DNA of 61,691 bases, the filler included, from Syncephalis fuscata S228 (Eukaryota > Fungi > Zoopagomycota), in assembly GCA_025786725.1 (NCBI GenBank). It is 5 parts of 5 records of this genome, joined end to end, with 100 filler letters (N's around TTAATTAATTAA, not from the genome) between each part and the next. Parts side by side here need not be neighbours in the genome. Positions count along the whole stretch, not along the records: positions 58,756 to 61,691 come from JAHLTZ010000350.1; 4 more parts are not named here. One strand, given 5' to 3'. Made by a program: the position numbers and the translations under genes. The notes below the pieces were generated by a model. The model was not told the DNA's origin. It saw only the letters and a program-made list of their open reading frames with translations, and ran no database searches. The stretch's first letter is position 1; every line of letters starts with the position of its first letter. Below, one piece after another: positions 59,478 through 61,691 of this stretch.

Positions 59478-60162
59478 CCGGTGCATTCAAGACATTAGCA
59501 TTGATAGTATAATTAAACTGCAAGTTACATATATTTTAGGTATATATTTGGCAAGAATCAAGATCATTTGGCAACTACGCCATTCGGTCCATTCATCTAC
59601 CAAGTCCCAGCCAATGCCCCCGTTTATTCAACCTTTAATCAATGGACACATTATATTATCAACAAGTCTGTATTTGTCTGCACATACTCAGCTATGCAAA
59701 CTTGTAGTAATAAACATATGGTTCCAGCTTAATTATGCTTCATTAAGCTCTTATAGCTATGTTTACATTCTATTCGCTTACAAAGACTAGCAAACATTAA
59801 TTAATTAATATATCGACAATAGATTTATTCAAGTGCGTTATGCTAGTGAACAATGTAAACTAAAGTAACTGTAATGCTATTATCATTCAAATAACAATTT
59901 AGTGTTTGATTATTTACAAATTTACTATAAGTACTAAAATTAAAATATCAATATTTATCAATATATCTTAGTTCATGAGAATGTAATTAAATTATTTGAA
60001 ATATATATTTTCCTTATTTTTGTTTGTGCTATTAAACAAATAATGTATAAACAGACTAATAGTCAACATATTGCGTAAATAATGTTGTATTAAGTTATCA
60101 AATTCACGATATAGCTAGCAATATAGTTTATTAATTTAACAGTTCAGCTGCCATTTGTGCTA

Positions 60163-60749
60163 TTATTTTTGGTTTTCTTGTAGATGTTTCTGAAATAACT
60201 CCAATAAATGTTTAATGCCATCTTTAGCTATAATTGTTGCTGCTTTGCTAGCAGCTTTAGTGACAATAGGCACAACAAGCGTGCTGACAACAGATCCTGC
60301 GGCAAAACCAACAGGGCCAGATAATGCAGTGATACCTGTTGTAACTCCCATGCCAGCTGCGGCACCTATTGTAGAGCTTGTCGCAGGCGAAGCTAGCTCA
60401 CCCTTGAACTGAATGGTCTTTTCCTTGATTTTTTTACCAATGCGGCGAAATGTCTCGTAAGCCTTTCTTTTGAACGATGCCATGTCATTGGCATTTGGGT
60501 CATGAAAAGTATTGGCAGTAGGTAGATGTGACTTGCTGCGCAGCTGACTAGACTCTTCTTCAGCTTTATGACCAATAGTCTTGAACATTTGATCCAACTC
60601 GTTTCCAATCGAGCTAACAGCATTGAATAGCTGGGGAATTGTTTGAATTTCAAAACCCTTTGTGAAATAGGAGTTGCTCCTATGATGGCAATTGAAGAAT
60701 GGGTAACGAGCAAAACTGCCAGCAACAAAAGACAATTAAAGGGAAGCAT
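60163..60749 (-). CDS. Putative secreted protein with a C-terminal Gly/Ala-rich hydrophobic (glycine-zipper-like) segment; one frameshift near 60655-60665
   Basis: Signal peptide MLPFNCLLLLAVLLVTHSSIAIIGA-TPISQ lies in one frame. The body GFEIQTIPQLFNAVSSIGNELDQMFK..GAAAGMGVTTGITALSGPVGFAAGSVVSTLVVPIV.. lies in the next. One added base at the AAAGGGTTTT run joins them. Confidence 0.55.
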
Positions 60750-61691
60750 ATTAGAAGAATGATAGCAGAATAATTATAATTATAATTATCTAATATTTGT
60801 TTGTCAAAAATATTGGAAATTATTATATCACAAGCCTAGTGTAAATGTTGTAAAAGAAGTTAAATAATAAAGAAAAATTGAATGGTGGAGTCGTCACAGT
60901 TAATTCAATAGGCAATAATTAAAGTAGAATATAATAATTGAACCCGAAGCAATTACAGGCATTAATTTATAGTCTTTCAGTTTCATATTCAATTTTCTAT
61001 TTAGTTCCAATCCACTAATAACAAATTTCGGTAAAATGAATAGACGGTTTGAATATACAGCCATAAAATCAAATATTGGCCTATAGCGGCTATTATTTGA
61101 TTAAAATGAAATAAAAACATGATATTATTCAATAATATATGCTGTACACTCTCATAGCTTGCCTTAGAGATGCCTTTTGCTGACCTTACTCGTTTCTTTA
61201 AAATCATAAAGCAAATATTAAGGCCTATAATAATCAAACAATCAACAGCAATCATGTGCTGTAATTCTCTATTTCATAACTCGACACAAATATTTTATTA
61301 TTGCAAATAAGCAATCAGTTGCGTTCATATAGCAATTAATTAGCCCATTATTATGTAGATAGAATACTGCGTTAAAGTTTTAGCCATGTCTATTGACAAA
61401 CGAATAATTGTAGGTTTAATTCCAACACATGCCAGGCGTAACATACCAACTATTTGCCATGAAATAAACCGGTGACCTAAGCCGTATTGATACAGTCGTT
61501 TAATACTAATAGTACACTGCTTCATCTTTATTGTAACACAATCATTGAATAACCAAAATTGATCTATTATTAGTAGTGTTACAAGCAAAAATGTAGGTGT
61601 CATTAGCTATGCTTGTAATTTAGTCAATTATTGGACACGATTGACACTATATCGATGCAATTACCATTAGTATGCATTATATAGTCTACGC

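Overview
Eukaryotic, AT-rich genomic DNA with short GT-AG introns, most consistent with an early-diverging fungus (a Zoopagomycota/Syncephalis-like assignment is inference only). Four 100-nt N/TTAATTAATTAA/N spacers split it into five segments. The left part (1-38.5 kb) is mostly housekeeping and signalling genes: NPR2, proteasome alpha1, VDAC, cofilin, Ypd1-type HPt, AP-2 beta, BMS1, PPE1, a 7TM receptor, a 7TM-RGS fusion, Sfp1 and Rab18. It also holds two near-identical copies of a young tRNA-headed SINE with 19-20 bp target-site duplications. The right part is accessory: four clustered BAHD/Tri101-like acyltransferases, an intronless acyl-CoA oxidase and a family of small secreted prepropeptides. 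The main discovery is that two members of this family encode their mature peptide as tandem arrays of 3-nt microexons (AG-NNN-GT), each separated by a duplicated ~80-nt phase-1 intron. Locus A (48819-50703, minus) has 21 slots; locus B (58756-59477, plus) has 8 visible slots. Splicing locus A gives signal peptide-KPSLVRR-NACPCGRSARNVCLPCGQE*. Its CxC...CxxC pattern matches the adjacent intronless paralog (52873-53136). The ORF track cannot show these genes. Several conserved genes carry single-base indels at short runs, which look like assembly errors.
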